NCBI GenBank assembly: GCA_039818205.1
Contig: JBCBUK010000003.1
Coordinates: forward strand, 224,001 to 288,000
Source: Verrucomicrobiota bacterium
GTDB lineage: Bacteria > Verrucomicrobiota > Verrucomicrobiia > Opitutales > Cerasicoccaceae
Direction of reading: 5' to 3'
Length of the DNA stretch: 64,000 nt
Shown here piece by piece: positions 29,650 through 38,730 of the stretch (the first letter of the stretch is position 1; every line of letters begins with the position of its first letter). Below the pieces are notes generated by a model. The model saw only the letters and a program-made list of their open reading frames with translations, was not told where the DNA came from and did no database searches. The position numbers were made by a program, and so were the translations under genes.

Positions 29650-30570
29650 ATGTTAAAATCCATGAATCTGGCTCCATTGAAGTTTCGCGATGTGTTGGCA
29701 AGCGATGGTGGCCCAATCCGTACGGTTGATGTTGGTACGGAAACGATTCTGGGCCGGGACCAATATTCGGCCCATGCCTATTTATGTGAGGACCTTTACG
29801 TTAAGCGACAGACGTCTGCCGTAATCACCAAGATGCCAGACGGCGCGGGAACCGCATCGGACCCAAACACCGCAAAGTTTCGAGCAATCTCTGAAGCTCT
29901 GGAGCGCTGGGCGTTCGGGCAATGCTCTATCATTGAAAGCTATAAGAAGGAGCTCGGATTCGACTATGATCCGACGACCAATGGGATGGGAGCCTTCCCC
30001 GGGCTATTTGATACGCCAGCGCGCCTTGCCGCCGAGCGCGAGGCGATTGAGCGTCATTGCTTGGTTCTTTGGTGGGAAGGCTTTCTCGATGTAACGAGTA
30101 TCGCGGACCCATTTCCCGGTGTTCGGGGAATCCAGATCGAAAATCCCTTTAGCGATGATATTGTCGTGTTGCTTTGGCAGTTTGTTGACGATCGTTTTTA
30201 TATCTATGGTTTCGGTCTGGGAACGACGATGGACGATGCCTGCTGGCGGGCGGGCGTTGAAATGTATCGCACCGGTAAGATTACTCGATCGCACTATGCG
30301 AAAAACGATTCAATCGACGAGGCCTACTTCAGTGAGTTTGAACACCTCTTCGAGAAGCGAATCCTTTTCTATTCACGGCCCGATGGTTTTATTCAACTGC
30401 TTGAGCGTTTGGAAACACGACCGATAAAGCGGTATCCTGGCTCGCCGGACATTATTGTGGATCGCAAGGTTACCGGCCCCTGGGATCGTTTTGTAACGGT
30501 GTGGCGCGTTGTCTATCGACAGCCTAGTCGTGAATTCGCCAGTGACCGCGCCGACTATTTCTTTTGGTGA
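29650..30570 (+). CDS. compact YcaO-family enzyme (306 aa)
   Basis: YcaO ATP/Mg motifs in the expected order: GAGTASDPNTAKFRAISEALER, TTNGMGA, ARLAAEREAIERH and GFGLG...ACWRAGVE. Confidence 0.85.
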   Translation: MLKSMNLAPLKFRDVLASDGGPIRTVDVGTETILGRDQYSAHAYLCEDLYVKRQTSAVITKMPDGAGTASDPNTAKFRAISEALERWAFGQCSIIESYKKELGFDYDPTTNGMGAFPGLFDTPARLAAEREAIERHCLVLWWEGFLDVTSIADPFPGVRGIQIENPFSDDIVVLLWQFVDDRFYIYGFGLGTTMDDACWRAGVEMYRTGKITRSHYAKNDSIDEAYFSEFEHLFEKRILFYSRPDGFIQLLERLETRPIKRYPGSPDIIVDRKVTGPWDRFVTVWRVVYRQPSREFASDRADYFFW

Positions 30571-30618
30571 TCACAGATTCTGTTTAACAACAATCCGAAC
30601 CCTCAATGAATGAGTTTT

Positions 30619-33372
30619 TTAGAACTGCTTGCTTATGGCACCATAGACAAAGCGGTTCTGAATAGAGTATAGGGAAGTGTCGTAGCCGTCGGCGAAAGCG
30701 CCGGCGGCGAACGGCGGCGATTCATCGAAGACATTGTCAACGCCGACCGTAACAGTTGTGCCATCTAGAATCTCGCTTTCGGTGTTCTTGAACTCGTAGC
30801 TAGCCACCAGGTTTACCTTCACGTACTCCTCAACCGTACGCGGGACTCCTCCAAGGGTGAAGCTGCTGTCATCATCATAGGATCCAATGTATTGAACGGT
30901 AGCTCCTATGGACGCATCGTATACAAATAGGTAGACGCTGGCCAAGCCCTTCCAGCGAGGGATCGCACCTGGGCTCAAATTGTTTGAACGTTTATCGACG
31001 AATCCGCCAGCAAATGAGAGTTCTCCAACACCGGGAACTTCGGCATCATAGCTTAGCACTTGGTTGACTCCGATCGACGCCAAGGTTCGGATGTTTTCCG
31101 TGATCGAGTAGTCATATTCAATGCGGTAGTCCAAGCCTTGGGTTGTGATTCGCGAGGCGTTGAAATAACGGGAGTTCACAAAGATGACGGGTCCCATGGG
31201 GCCAGCGCGCACGACGTCGTTGGGATTGTTTTGGTCCAAGGTAAACTGTGCACCATTGGCAATCGCGTCATCAACGTTCAGGTAGTAGTAGTCCACTCGG
31301 AAGGCGAGGCCTTCAACCGGCTCGGGTTCCCAGATGACACTAGCCGAAACGCTTTGTGAGGTTTCCGGATCGAGTGACGGGTTTCCACGTAGGAAGGTCG
31401 GGATAGGGGTTCCCGGTGCCGTTGCTCCCGTTGGGTCGACGAGGATGGGAAAGTCAAAGGTTTGGCTGGCATAGGATTCATACAAGGTCGGCGCACGAAA
31501 GCCGGTGCTGTACGAAGCGCGGAGTGTGACCGTTTCTACCGGCTTTAAGCGAAGCGCAACCTTCCATGAAAGATTGCTGTAACCGTTTGGCGCAGATAGA
31601 CCGGTGACGGGGTCATTGCCGTTGTCATCAAATGTTTCGAACCGCAGCCCGAGACTGAGATCCAAGTTCTGTGCGAGGGGAACATCGTGGTGGGGAGCGA
31701 GGATCGGCACGTATGTTTCACCAAAGAAGGCGAAGACATTGCGCTGCCCACTAAAGGGTTGATTGAAGCCTGCGGCTCCGAGGTTCTGGCCGGTTGACCA
31801 AAGCACATCGGGTGTGTTGTCGATGGACTCGTAACGGTATTCGAAACCAATGGCACCATCTAATGCGCCTGCCGGTAGGTCTATGATCTTACCCGACACT
31901 TTGGCGTCATAGGTAAGCATGTTTTCGAATAGATCATTGTGTGGCTCAACGGCTGCTGTTTGAAGTGCCGTGTAGTTGTTAAAGCTGATTCCCGCATTGT
32001 TCCCTGCAATGACTCGGGAGTAGGGGTTGAATGCACCGCTGTTGATAAACGGAACCAGGATACGAGCGTCGGCAACGCCGGAAAAATCAAAATCGGTCTG
32101 AGTTTGAGTGTAGAGGACGGCGGTGTCCCATTCCCAGCGGTCTTCGATCAAGCCGCGGGCTCCTCCTACGAGGCGAAAGGCACTGCGTTGAATGTCCGCT
32201 TCCAGATTGCCGAGCTCAAAGCTGCGATAGTTTACATTGATAACGGATGCGGGGCCCACCGGGTTGTGCGGACTGTTTTGCACGGCGGTAAAGAGCGGGC
32301 TGGGTGCGTTGCCGGGCAGGGGGCCAAAAGCAGACCATGGTGCCGGGGCAAGTGCATTTGCTTGGAACTGATAAGAGTAGAGCGCGTCACCATAAAGCGT
32401 AACCTGGTCCGTTAAGTCGTGTTCGATCGCAGCAAAGCCACTGGCGATTTTCAACGCAGGTATGTCGGGGGCATATGCGTTAAAGTTAAACGCGTCAGTA
32501 TTCTGATTGTATGGCTGGTAATCGGCACCAGAAGTTGGGAATGGAATGCCCGGGCTTAGCAGTCCGTCCAACACACCGCCGCCCGTAAAGATCGTCGCAT
32601 GACCTGGGAACGTTGCGCTTCCACGATTCGTTCCACCGAGCGGAATAAAATTTGTGGTTGCCGAGAGGTCTCGGTCTCGAGCCCAAATTACTTGTTGGTC
32701 ATAGTAGCTACCCAAGAGAGTGAGGTGGGTGTCTTCGTCAACTTGGAAGCCGCCAATCAAGGAGTATTGTTGGGTCTGCCCACCGCCTTGGGTCGTATTC
32801 CCATACAAGCCATCGAGTCGGACCCCTTCGAATCGGTTATCGAGTCCGATATTCACGACACCGGCAATGGCATCGGAGCCATAAGTAGTACTCGCTGTTT
32901 CTAGCAGGATATCAATGTCATTGATAGCGGCCTGGGGGATTAAATTGATGTTGGCAAAGCCGCCGGGCTCTAATCCGAATGCGCTGTTGCCACCCGCTCG
33001 TCGACCATTGATTAAGGTAAGCGTTCTTAGGGTTCCTGCGCCACGAATGTTGGGTGACGAAGAGCCAGTTCCCCCGTTACTATCATTAGACGTATTCATG
33101 GCCCCAAAGAAAGACGGTTGCAGGCGTAATATCTCGATGGGTCTTTGGGTGCCGCTCAAAAGCATATCGTCACGATCGAGCTCGAAGAAGGTTTCGACTG
33201 GATCTCCTTCAACAGGGGTAAACAAAGAGCCCGTCATGTAGACGGGTTCTAATTCAAGCAAGTCTTCTTCATCGGTTGAGACGGGGGTTACTTGGGCATC
33301 TGCAACAAAGGCCGCCGAAAAACAGATAAAAGAGGCAAGTAGGGTTGATTTTTCGGGAGAAGGCGTCACCAT
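30619..33372 (-). CDS. TonB-dependent outer-membrane receptor
   Basis: Signal peptide, TonB-box-like EPVYMTGS, plug motifs NIRG...RTLTLINGRR and YGSDAIAGVVNI, TGFRAPTL, GNPSLDPETS, GVDNVFD and a C-terminal Phe. Confidence 0.95.
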   Translation of the reverse strand: MVTPSPEKSTLLASFICFSAAFVADAQVTPVSTDEEDLLELEPVYMTGSLFTPVEGDPVETFFELDRDDMLLSGTQRPIEILRLQPSFFGAMNTSNDSNGGTGSSSPNIRGAGTLRTLTLINGRRAGGNSAFGLEPGGFANINLIPQAAINDIDILLETASTTYGSDAIAGVVNIGLDNRFEGVRLDGLYGNTTQGGGQTQQYSLIGGFQVDEDTHLTLLGSYYDQQVIWARDRDLSATTNFIPLGGTNRGSATFPGHATIFTGGGVLDGLLSPGIPFPTSGADYQPYNQNTDAFNFNAYAPDIPALKIASGFAAIEHDLTDQVTLYGDALYSYQFQANALAPAPWSAFGPLPGNAPSPLFTAVQNSPHNPVGPASVINVNYRSFELGNLEADIQRSAFRLVGGARGLIEDRWEWDTAVLYTQTQTDFDFSGVADARILVPFINSGAFNPYSRVIAGNNAGISFNNYTALQTAAVEPHNDLFENMLTYDAKVSGKIIDLPAGALDGAIGFEYRYESIDNTPDVLWSTGQNLGAAGFNQPFSGQRNVFAFFGETYVPILAPHHDVPLAQNLDLSLGLRFETFDDNGNDPVTGLSAPNGYSNLSWKVALRLKPVETVTLRASYSTGFRAPTLYESYASQTFDFPILVDPTGATAPGTPIPTFLRGNPSLDPETSQSVSASVIWEPEPVEGLAFRVDYYYLNVDDAIANGAQFTLDQNNPNDVVRAGPMGPVIFVNSRYFNASRITTQGLDYRIEYDYSITENIRTLASIGVNQVLSYDAEVPGVGELSFAGGFVDKRSNNLSPGAIPRWKGLASVYLFVYDASIGATVQYIGSYDDDSSFTLGGVPRTVEEYVKVNLVASYEFKNTESEILDGTTVTVGVDNVFDESPPFAAGAFADGYDTSLYSIQNRFVYGAISKQF

Positions 33373-33378
33373 TGGTAG

Positions 33379-33396
33379 AAATACATTATTGTATTT
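33379..33396. promoter_or_regulatory. palindromic operator candidate between the TBDR and the response regulator
   Basis: AAATACA-TTAT-TGTATTT in a 57-nt divergent intergenic region. Confidence 0.45.
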
Positions 33397-33429
33397 AAAT
33401 CTAACTCAAGAGTTTCCACTATTTTTGCC

Positions 33430-34062
33430 ATGAATATTGTCGTTGTCGAGGATCAAAGCCTTTTTCGGCAGCTTATGGTTAAAATGTGTGCTGAACGTTA
33501 CAATGTGGTAGGCGAAGCATCGGACGGTCAGCAGGCATTAGACGTATGCCGTGAGTTGAAGCCTGATGTTGTCTTGTTAGATATCCGCATACCTGAGCCC
33601 GACGGTATCTCCGTCGCGCAGACTTTATTGGAAGAGCAGCCGACGCTTCGCATTCTGGCGGTCTCGGCGAAGATGGATACGGTCACCGTTTTCCGTTTAT
33701 TAAAATCTGGTGTCCATGGTTATGTTAACAAGTTTTCTGACCAGTTGGATACCGTGATGGATGCCCTTGAGAACCTGTCTCGGGGCGAGCCGTATTTCTC
33801 CGAATCGTTCGATCAAGTTAAGAACGAGATCAAGCGTGATCCTATGGCGTTCTATAAGATCCTTTCGAACAAGGAACTTGAACTGCTTCCGCTGTTTTCT
33901 AAGGGGCTTGATGACGAGGCAATCGGCATCAAGTATAAGCTCAGTGCCAACACGGTTCGTTGGCATCGACGCAACATCATGAAGAAGCTTGAGATCCATG
34001 CGACAACCGAACTAATGCGCTATGGCATTGCTCATGGTTTCTGGGACCTTGCTGGCAGTTAG
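33430..34062 (+). CDS. NarL/LuxR-family response regulator
   Basis: Receiver (VVVEDQ...VVLLDIRIP...GYVNK) and LuxR HTH (LSNKELELL...SANTVRWHRRNIMKKL). Confidence 0.94.
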   Translation: MNIVVVEDQSLFRQLMVKMCAERYNVVGEASDGQQALDVCRELKPDVVLLDIRIPEPDGISVAQTLLEEQPTLRILAVSAKMDTVTVFRLLKSGVHGYVNKFSDQLDTVMDALENLSRGEPYFSESFDQVKNEIKRDPMAFYKILSNKELELLPLFSKGLDDEAIGIKYKLSANTVRWHRRNIMKKLEIHATTELMRYGIAHGFWDLAGS

Positions 34063-34150
34063 TTGTCATCTAGTTTAAGTTGTTTCCACTAGGAACCGTG
34101 CAAACTTGCACGGTTTTCTTGTTTTCAGCGGACTCCTATTAGCGGGCATG

Positions 34151-34180
34151 AAAAAACCGCGCCCAAAGAATGAGCGCGGT
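34151..34180 (-). terminator. intrinsic terminator after pnp
   Basis: On the minus strand, ACCGCGCTCA...GGGCGCGGT followed by a T-tract. Confidence 0.7.
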
Positions 34181-34207
34181 CGTTGATTAAATGGTATCGT
34201 ATAATCG

Positions 34208-36496
34208 TTAAGCCTCGGCCGAAGCTTCGGTGCGATTGTCGTTTTCGGAACCAGAGTCGTTGTCGCGGTTCTCGCGACGTCCACCACGGCCCTTGCCGCC
34301 ACGACCCTTGTTGTTGCGGTCTCCGCGACCACCACCACTGTCACCCCGGCCCTTAGGCTCGTAAGGGATGCCTTGTGCTTCGCACAGAGCGGCGCGACGG
34401 GAAAGCTTTACGCGACCCTTGTCGTCGATTCCGACGCACTTGACCAGAATTTCGTCACCTAGCTTGCACACGTCCTCGACCTTATCGACACGGAAGTCAG
34501 CAAGCTCGGATACGTGGACGAGACCTTCCTTGCCAGGTAGGCACTCGACGAAGCAACCGAATTCCTTGATCGCGCGAACGATGCCCTTGTAAGTCTTACC
34601 AGGCTCGATCTCAGCGGTTACTAGTTCGACTTCTTGGATCGCACGCTTCATGGCATCGCCATCGTTAGCGAAAATCAACACGCGGCCCGAATTGTCCTCG
34701 TTGATGTCGATTTGTGCGCCAGTGATCTCGGTGATGCGTTTAATGTTCTTACCGCCTGGGCCGATCAGTGCACCGATCTTTTCAGGATCGATTTCAACCT
34801 GCTCGATCCGTGGCGCGTGGGTCTTCAGCTCTTCGTTTGGCTTTTCGATCGCCTCGGTCATCACGTCGAGGATCTTGTCGCGAGCAACCTTGTTTTGATA
34901 GATCGCTTTCTTGGCAATCTCCATTGAGATGCCCTTGATCTTGAGGTCTAGCTGGAAGCCTGTGATGCCTGCCTTCGTGCCACAGATCTTGAAGTCCATG
35001 TCGCCGAAGTGGTCCTCGGCACCGAGAATGTCGGTGAGGATCACGTGTTCGCCGATGGCGCCGCTGTCGTCATTGGTCGATACGAGACCAACGGAGATAC
35101 CAGCAACCGGCGCGGAGATTGGAACACCGGCATCCATCAAGGAAAGCGTGCCACCACAAACCGATGCCATCGAGGTCGAGCCATTGGACTCGAAGATGTC
35201 GGATACGAGACGGATCGAGTAAGGGAACTCATCTTCTCCTGGGAGGACGGCCAAGAGCGAGCGCTCGGCGAGTGCTCCGTGACCGATCTCGCGACGACCT
35301 GGGCCAGTGAAGCGTCCACACTCACCAACCGAGAACGGTGGGAAGTTGTAGTGGAGGATGAAGCTCTTGCTCTTTACACCGCCGGTGAGTGCGTCGAGTT
35401 CTTGGGAATCCTTGCTGGTGCCAAGTGTCAACGAAACGATGCCTTGGGTCTCACCTCGTTGGAAGAGGGATGAACCATGCACGCGGTCGAGAACGTCAGT
35501 GCGGCAGCTAATTGGGCGAAGATCGTCAGGGCCCCGGCCGTCAACGCGCTTCTTGTTCTGCAAGATGTTCTCGCGGTAGAGTTCTTCTTGGAGAACTTCG
35601 AAAGCCATATTGACCTGTGGGCCAACCATGTCGTCCTCGACCAATTCCTTGGCCTTAACGGCTTCGACGGCCTCGTCTTTGAGAGCAGAAACCGCATTAC
35701 CCCGTTCAACTTTGGAGTCTTGGAAGACGGCGCCAGCCATCTTTTCACCAACGGCCTCACGGCACAGTGCCAAGACGTCGTCTTGAACCTTAACGAGATT
35801 GAATTCCTTCTTCGGCTTGCCAACCTTCTTCGCGAGTTCGTTCTGCGCTGCAATAATTGGCTGAATTGCGTTCTGAGCAAATTCGAGGGCCTCGATGAAG
35901 CGAGTTTCCGGCAACTGGTCGGCGGAACCTTCGATCATCATCATTTCCTTCTCGTTACCAACGTAGATCAAGTCGAGGGTCGACTCGAACATTTCTTCGT
36001 GGGTCGGGTTAACGACGAACTCGCCGTCGATCTCACCCAGGCGGATACAGCCGATTGGGCCGTGCCAAGGGATGTCCGAGCAAAGGCAAGCGGCCGATGC
36101 ACCATTGACCATCAGGATATCTGGGTCATTGATCAGGTCGGTGGACAAAAGCAGGCCGATAACCTGGACCTCGAAGAGGAAGCCCTTAGGGAAAAGCGGG
36201 CGTAGGGGACGGTCGCACAGGCGGGAAGTCAAGATCTCCTTTTCGGATGGACGGCCCTCGCGCTTGAAGTAACCACCAGGAAAGCGACCAGCAGCGGCAA
36301 AGCGCTCGCGGTAGTCAACGGTGAGTGGAAAGAAATCCTGGTCAGGTGAGCGCAGGGAAGTTGCAGCGGTGGCAGAGACGAATACGGTCGTTTCGCCTTT
36401 AGAGATCGTAACAGCGCCGTTGGCTTGTTTTGCGATGGTGCCCGATGAGATGGTCAAATCGAGCGATTCTATGTATACACTATGTTCTTGTTTCAT
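34208..36496 (-). CDS. pnp: polyribonucleotide nucleotidyltransferase
   Basis: [44 protein letters not shown], plus KH and S1 domains. Confidence 0.98.
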   Translation of the reverse strand: MKQEHSVYIESLDLTISSGTIAKQANGAVTISKGETTVFVSATAATSLRSPDQDFFPLTVDYRERFAAAGRFPGGYFKREGRPSEKEILTSRLCDRPLRPLFPKGFLFEVQVIGLLLSTDLINDPDILMVNGASAACLCSDIPWHGPIGCIRLGEIDGEFVVNPTHEEMFESTLDLIYVGNEKEMMMIEGSADQLPETRFIEALEFAQNAIQPIIAAQNELAKKVGKPKKEFNLVKVQDDVLALCREAVGEKMAGAVFQDSKVERGNAVSALKDEAVEAVKAKELVEDDMVGPQVNMAFEVLQEELYRENILQNKKRVDGRGPDDLRPISCRTDVLDRVHGSSLFQRGETQGIVSLTLGTSKDSQELDALTGGVKSKSFILHYNFPPFSVGECGRFTGPGRREIGHGALAERSLLAVLPGEDEFPYSIRLVSDIFESNGSTSMASVCGGTLSLMDAGVPISAPVAGISVGLVSTNDDSGAIGEHVILTDILGAEDHFGDMDFKICGTKAGITGFQLDLKIKGISMEIAKKAIYQNKVARDKILDVMTEAIEKPNEELKTHAPRIEQVEIDPEKIGALIGPGGKNIKRITEITGAQIDINEDNSGRVLIFANDGDAMKRAIQEVELVTAEIEPGKTYKGIVRAIKEFGCFVECLPGKEGLVHVSELADFRVDKVEDVCKLGDEILVKCVGIDDKGRVKLSRRAALCEAQGIPYEPKGRGDSGGGRGDRNNKGRGGKGRGGRRENRDNDSGSENDNRTEASAEA

Positions 36497-36555
36497 TCTA
36501 TTTTTGTCAGATTGAGCCAGCGGGCGGGTCGGACGCGGTCGCGGGCGGGTTTCGG

Positions 36556-36591
36556 AAAAAGAAAAGCGGGCGCGGCAATGCCGGGCCCGCT
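36556..36591 (-). terminator. rpsO terminator/attenuator
   Basis: On the minus strand, AGCGGGC-CCGGCATTGCCG-CGCCCGCT followed by TTTCTTTTT. Confidence 0.7.
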
Positions 36592-36684
36592 AGAAAGGGA
36601 TCAGTTAAATGTTTGCGTCTTTGGGTAGCAGCGAGACATGCGGAAAAATGGGGAGTCCCCATTTAAAGCACCATTCAAACAGAA

Positions 36685-36957
36685 TTAGCGGCGCAAACCG
36701 AGGCGCTGGATAATGCTCTTGTAGCGCTCCAAGTCCTTCTTGCGAAGGTAATTGAGCAGCTTACGGCGCTTGTTGGTCATTTGAATCAGACCGCGACGAG
36801 TGTGGAAATCCTTGCGGTGGGTGCGCAAGTGCTCGGTCAGGTGAATGATGCGTGCGGTAAGCAAGGCAACTTGCACCTCAGGCGAACCGGTGTCGCCCTC
36901 GTGGGTCTTGTATTCAGCGATGATCTTGTCTTTATCGATTGCGGTGGAATCAGCCAT
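36685..36957 (-). CDS. rpsO: 30S ribosomal protein S15
   Basis: [24 protein letters not shown] and RRKLLNYL. Start at ATG 36957 (MADSTAIDK). Confidence 0.97.
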   Translation of the reverse strand: MADSTAIDKDKIIAEYKTHEGDTGSPEVQVALLTARIIHLTEHLRTHRKDFHTRRGLIQMTNKRRKLLNYLRKKDLERYKSIIQRLGLRR

Positions 36958-37413
36958 TTTTGTTTTTTGAATTTCACGACACCTGGGTTCCGAAGTTTTT
37001 CGGATCCGCGATCCCCGCGACACGCCGGGAACGCCGTTGACACCTAGATTTAGAGGTGGGTCGTGGAGGCAGGATCGCGGCTAAGCTCTCCGGCCTCTAA
37101 CGCAAGCCGGGAGAAAATCAGGCTTTTCGCCGAAAACACAAGCTTTTTATTGGTTAGTATCCAATATGTGACTGAAAAATAGAGCCAAAAGGCGCCGGGC
37201 CAGACGGGCCTGGTTCGAGTCAATATCTCATGGCTTTTGGATTACCAGAAAAATAGCAGTAAATTAGGGTTTATACCCCTTTCAGCCTCGGATTTTACGA
37301 TTTATTACGCACAAAACTGCTTCTAAATGCTGCAGAATATGCTAAGGTATTTACCACAGAGACCGATTGAGTACCTACCCAGATGCTCAAACAACTAACT
37401 TTGAGAAAGTCGC

Positions 37414-38094
37414 ATGATGAAACAGAAACGTCGCTATCTATCCGTTGAGGAGCTGCTTTACCTCTCTCAAGCCCCACGATCACTAATTTTAGAGATCCTC
37501 CGAACACCTGCCGCCCAGACCCATTTACCCGAAATTGAGGCGTTCGCTTCATGGGACCGTGAGCGCCAGCGCGATTATCTGGTCGCCAAGCATCGCCTGC
37601 AGGAGGTGATCAAAGACGAAACTCGCCACGACAATTTTGTCATCGATCTATCGAGCCTTCAATTGGAGACCCTACCGCCAGAGATCCATTTTGTGATGCG
37701 TCGCGCTAAGCGCTTCCGCCTGGATCTCTCCGGAAACAACTTCAATCACTATTATTCGGTTCGGCGCGCGATTTCCCGCGATCAGCCGGATCACCCATTT
37801 CCATTCGATGCAATTAACCTCGCTGACAACCCGATTGAGGACTTGTCGCCAGCGATTGTTCAACGAGGCAAGGAGTCCGCTCATTACCTCGAAGAATACT
37901 GGCTCCGCCACTGGGCAAAGCCATATACGATCGCCAAGAAGTTCACTCACACGATGGAGATGCAGCGCTTCACGGCTTCGGATGTCGTCCACGCCATGAA
38001 GTTGGTTTTGCATATGACCGGCGTCGCCCGTGCGGCCGAAGTACATCAGTCGGACGACGGCGAATCCGACGAAGTCATCGCAGTGAGCGCCTAA
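37414..38094 (+). CDS. hypothetical protein with a few leucine-rich repeats
   Basis: IDLSSLQLETLPPEI, LDLSGNNF and INLADNPIEDLSPAIVQRG. Confidence 0.65.
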   Translation: MMKQKRRYLSVEELLYLSQAPRSLILEILRTPAAQTHLPEIEAFASWDRERQRDYLVAKHRLQEVIKDETRHDNFVIDLSSLQLETLPPEIHFVMRRAKRFRLDLSGNNFNHYYSVRRAISRDQPDHPFPFDAINLADNPIEDLSPAIVQRGKESAHYLEEYWLRHWAKPYTIAKKFTHTMEMQRFTASDVVHAMKLVLHMTGVARAAEVHQSDDGESDEVIAVSA

Positions 38095-38120
38095 ACACTT
38101 TTACGGGTAGTGAATCTATA

Positions 38121-38160
38121 GTTCGGTCAGCCGAGGGGTATCGGTTGGCCGAATTTTTTT
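38121..38160 (+). terminator. intrinsic terminator
   Basis: TTCGGTCAGCCGA-GGGGTA-TCGGTTGGCCGAA followed by T7. Confidence 0.8.
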
Positions 38161-38163
38161 GTA

Positions 38164-38207
38164 GATTAGTCTGTCCGTTCAGGATTAGTCTGTCCGTTCA
38201 GGATTAG
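38164..38207. repeat. 19-bp perfect tandem duplication
   Basis: GATTAGTCTGTCCGTTCAG twice (38164-38182, 38183-38201) plus GATTAG. It duplicates the 3' end and stop of the downstream minus-strand gene. Confidence 0.9.
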
Positions 38208-38544
38208 GCAGGAAGCGCAGCGCGAGTAGGCAAACGAGGACGCTCTCAATAATGAAGAACGAATACTCCTCGAAAGGAATATGGCCGAGCCAGGTCAGCC
38301 CATTGGGATTCGATTCGTTCCGGGCCATTTCAGCGGCTGGGTAGCCGAGACTGACACCGTCGCCGAATCCCCATATGCCTAGCCAAACCGCATAATTGTC
38401 CCATGGGGTCGTGTAGATGAACGCGATTGCACAAACGACACCGATGCACACTAGGTGTGCCTTTTTAAGTCGCCGCCGATTCCAGACGATCAACGCCACG
38501 AGCAGCGGAAGGGTAAAGATTAGGTGGTAGCCCCAGTAGGTCAT
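38185..38544 (-). CDS. lycopene cyclase domain-containing membrane protein (CrtYc/Yd-like)
   Basis: YTTPWDNYAVWLGIWGF and IPFEEYSFF motifs, about 3 TM segments. Confidence 0.82.
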   Translation of the reverse strand: MTYWGYHLIFTLPLLVALIVWNRRRLKKAHLVCIGVVCAIAFIYTTPWDNYAVWLGIWGFGDGVSLGYPAAEMARNESNPNGLTWLGHIPFEEYSFFIIESVLVCLLALRFLPNPERTD

Positions 38545-38730
38545 CGGATTGGTCGGTTCGGACCTGCGCGAAAAAGGGGCGCCGATCGTAATGATTGAAA
38601 GCTTCGCGAAAAATCAGTGATTTTCAAGGTCCGCTTGCATTTGCTTTACGGGGCGTGCCTTTGATCCGTCTCCTGCGGGGCCCAATCGGTTTGGAGAGAC
38701 AATAATGTTGCCTAATTCCCTCAGCACGAT

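Noticed and set aside
24300..34200. Mobile element or prophage boundaries around the YcaO island
   Set aside because: No integrase, transposase, tRNA target or flanking direct repeats were seen.
38164..38207. CRISPR array
   Set aside because: There are only two adjacent 19-bp copies, with no spacers and no cas genes.
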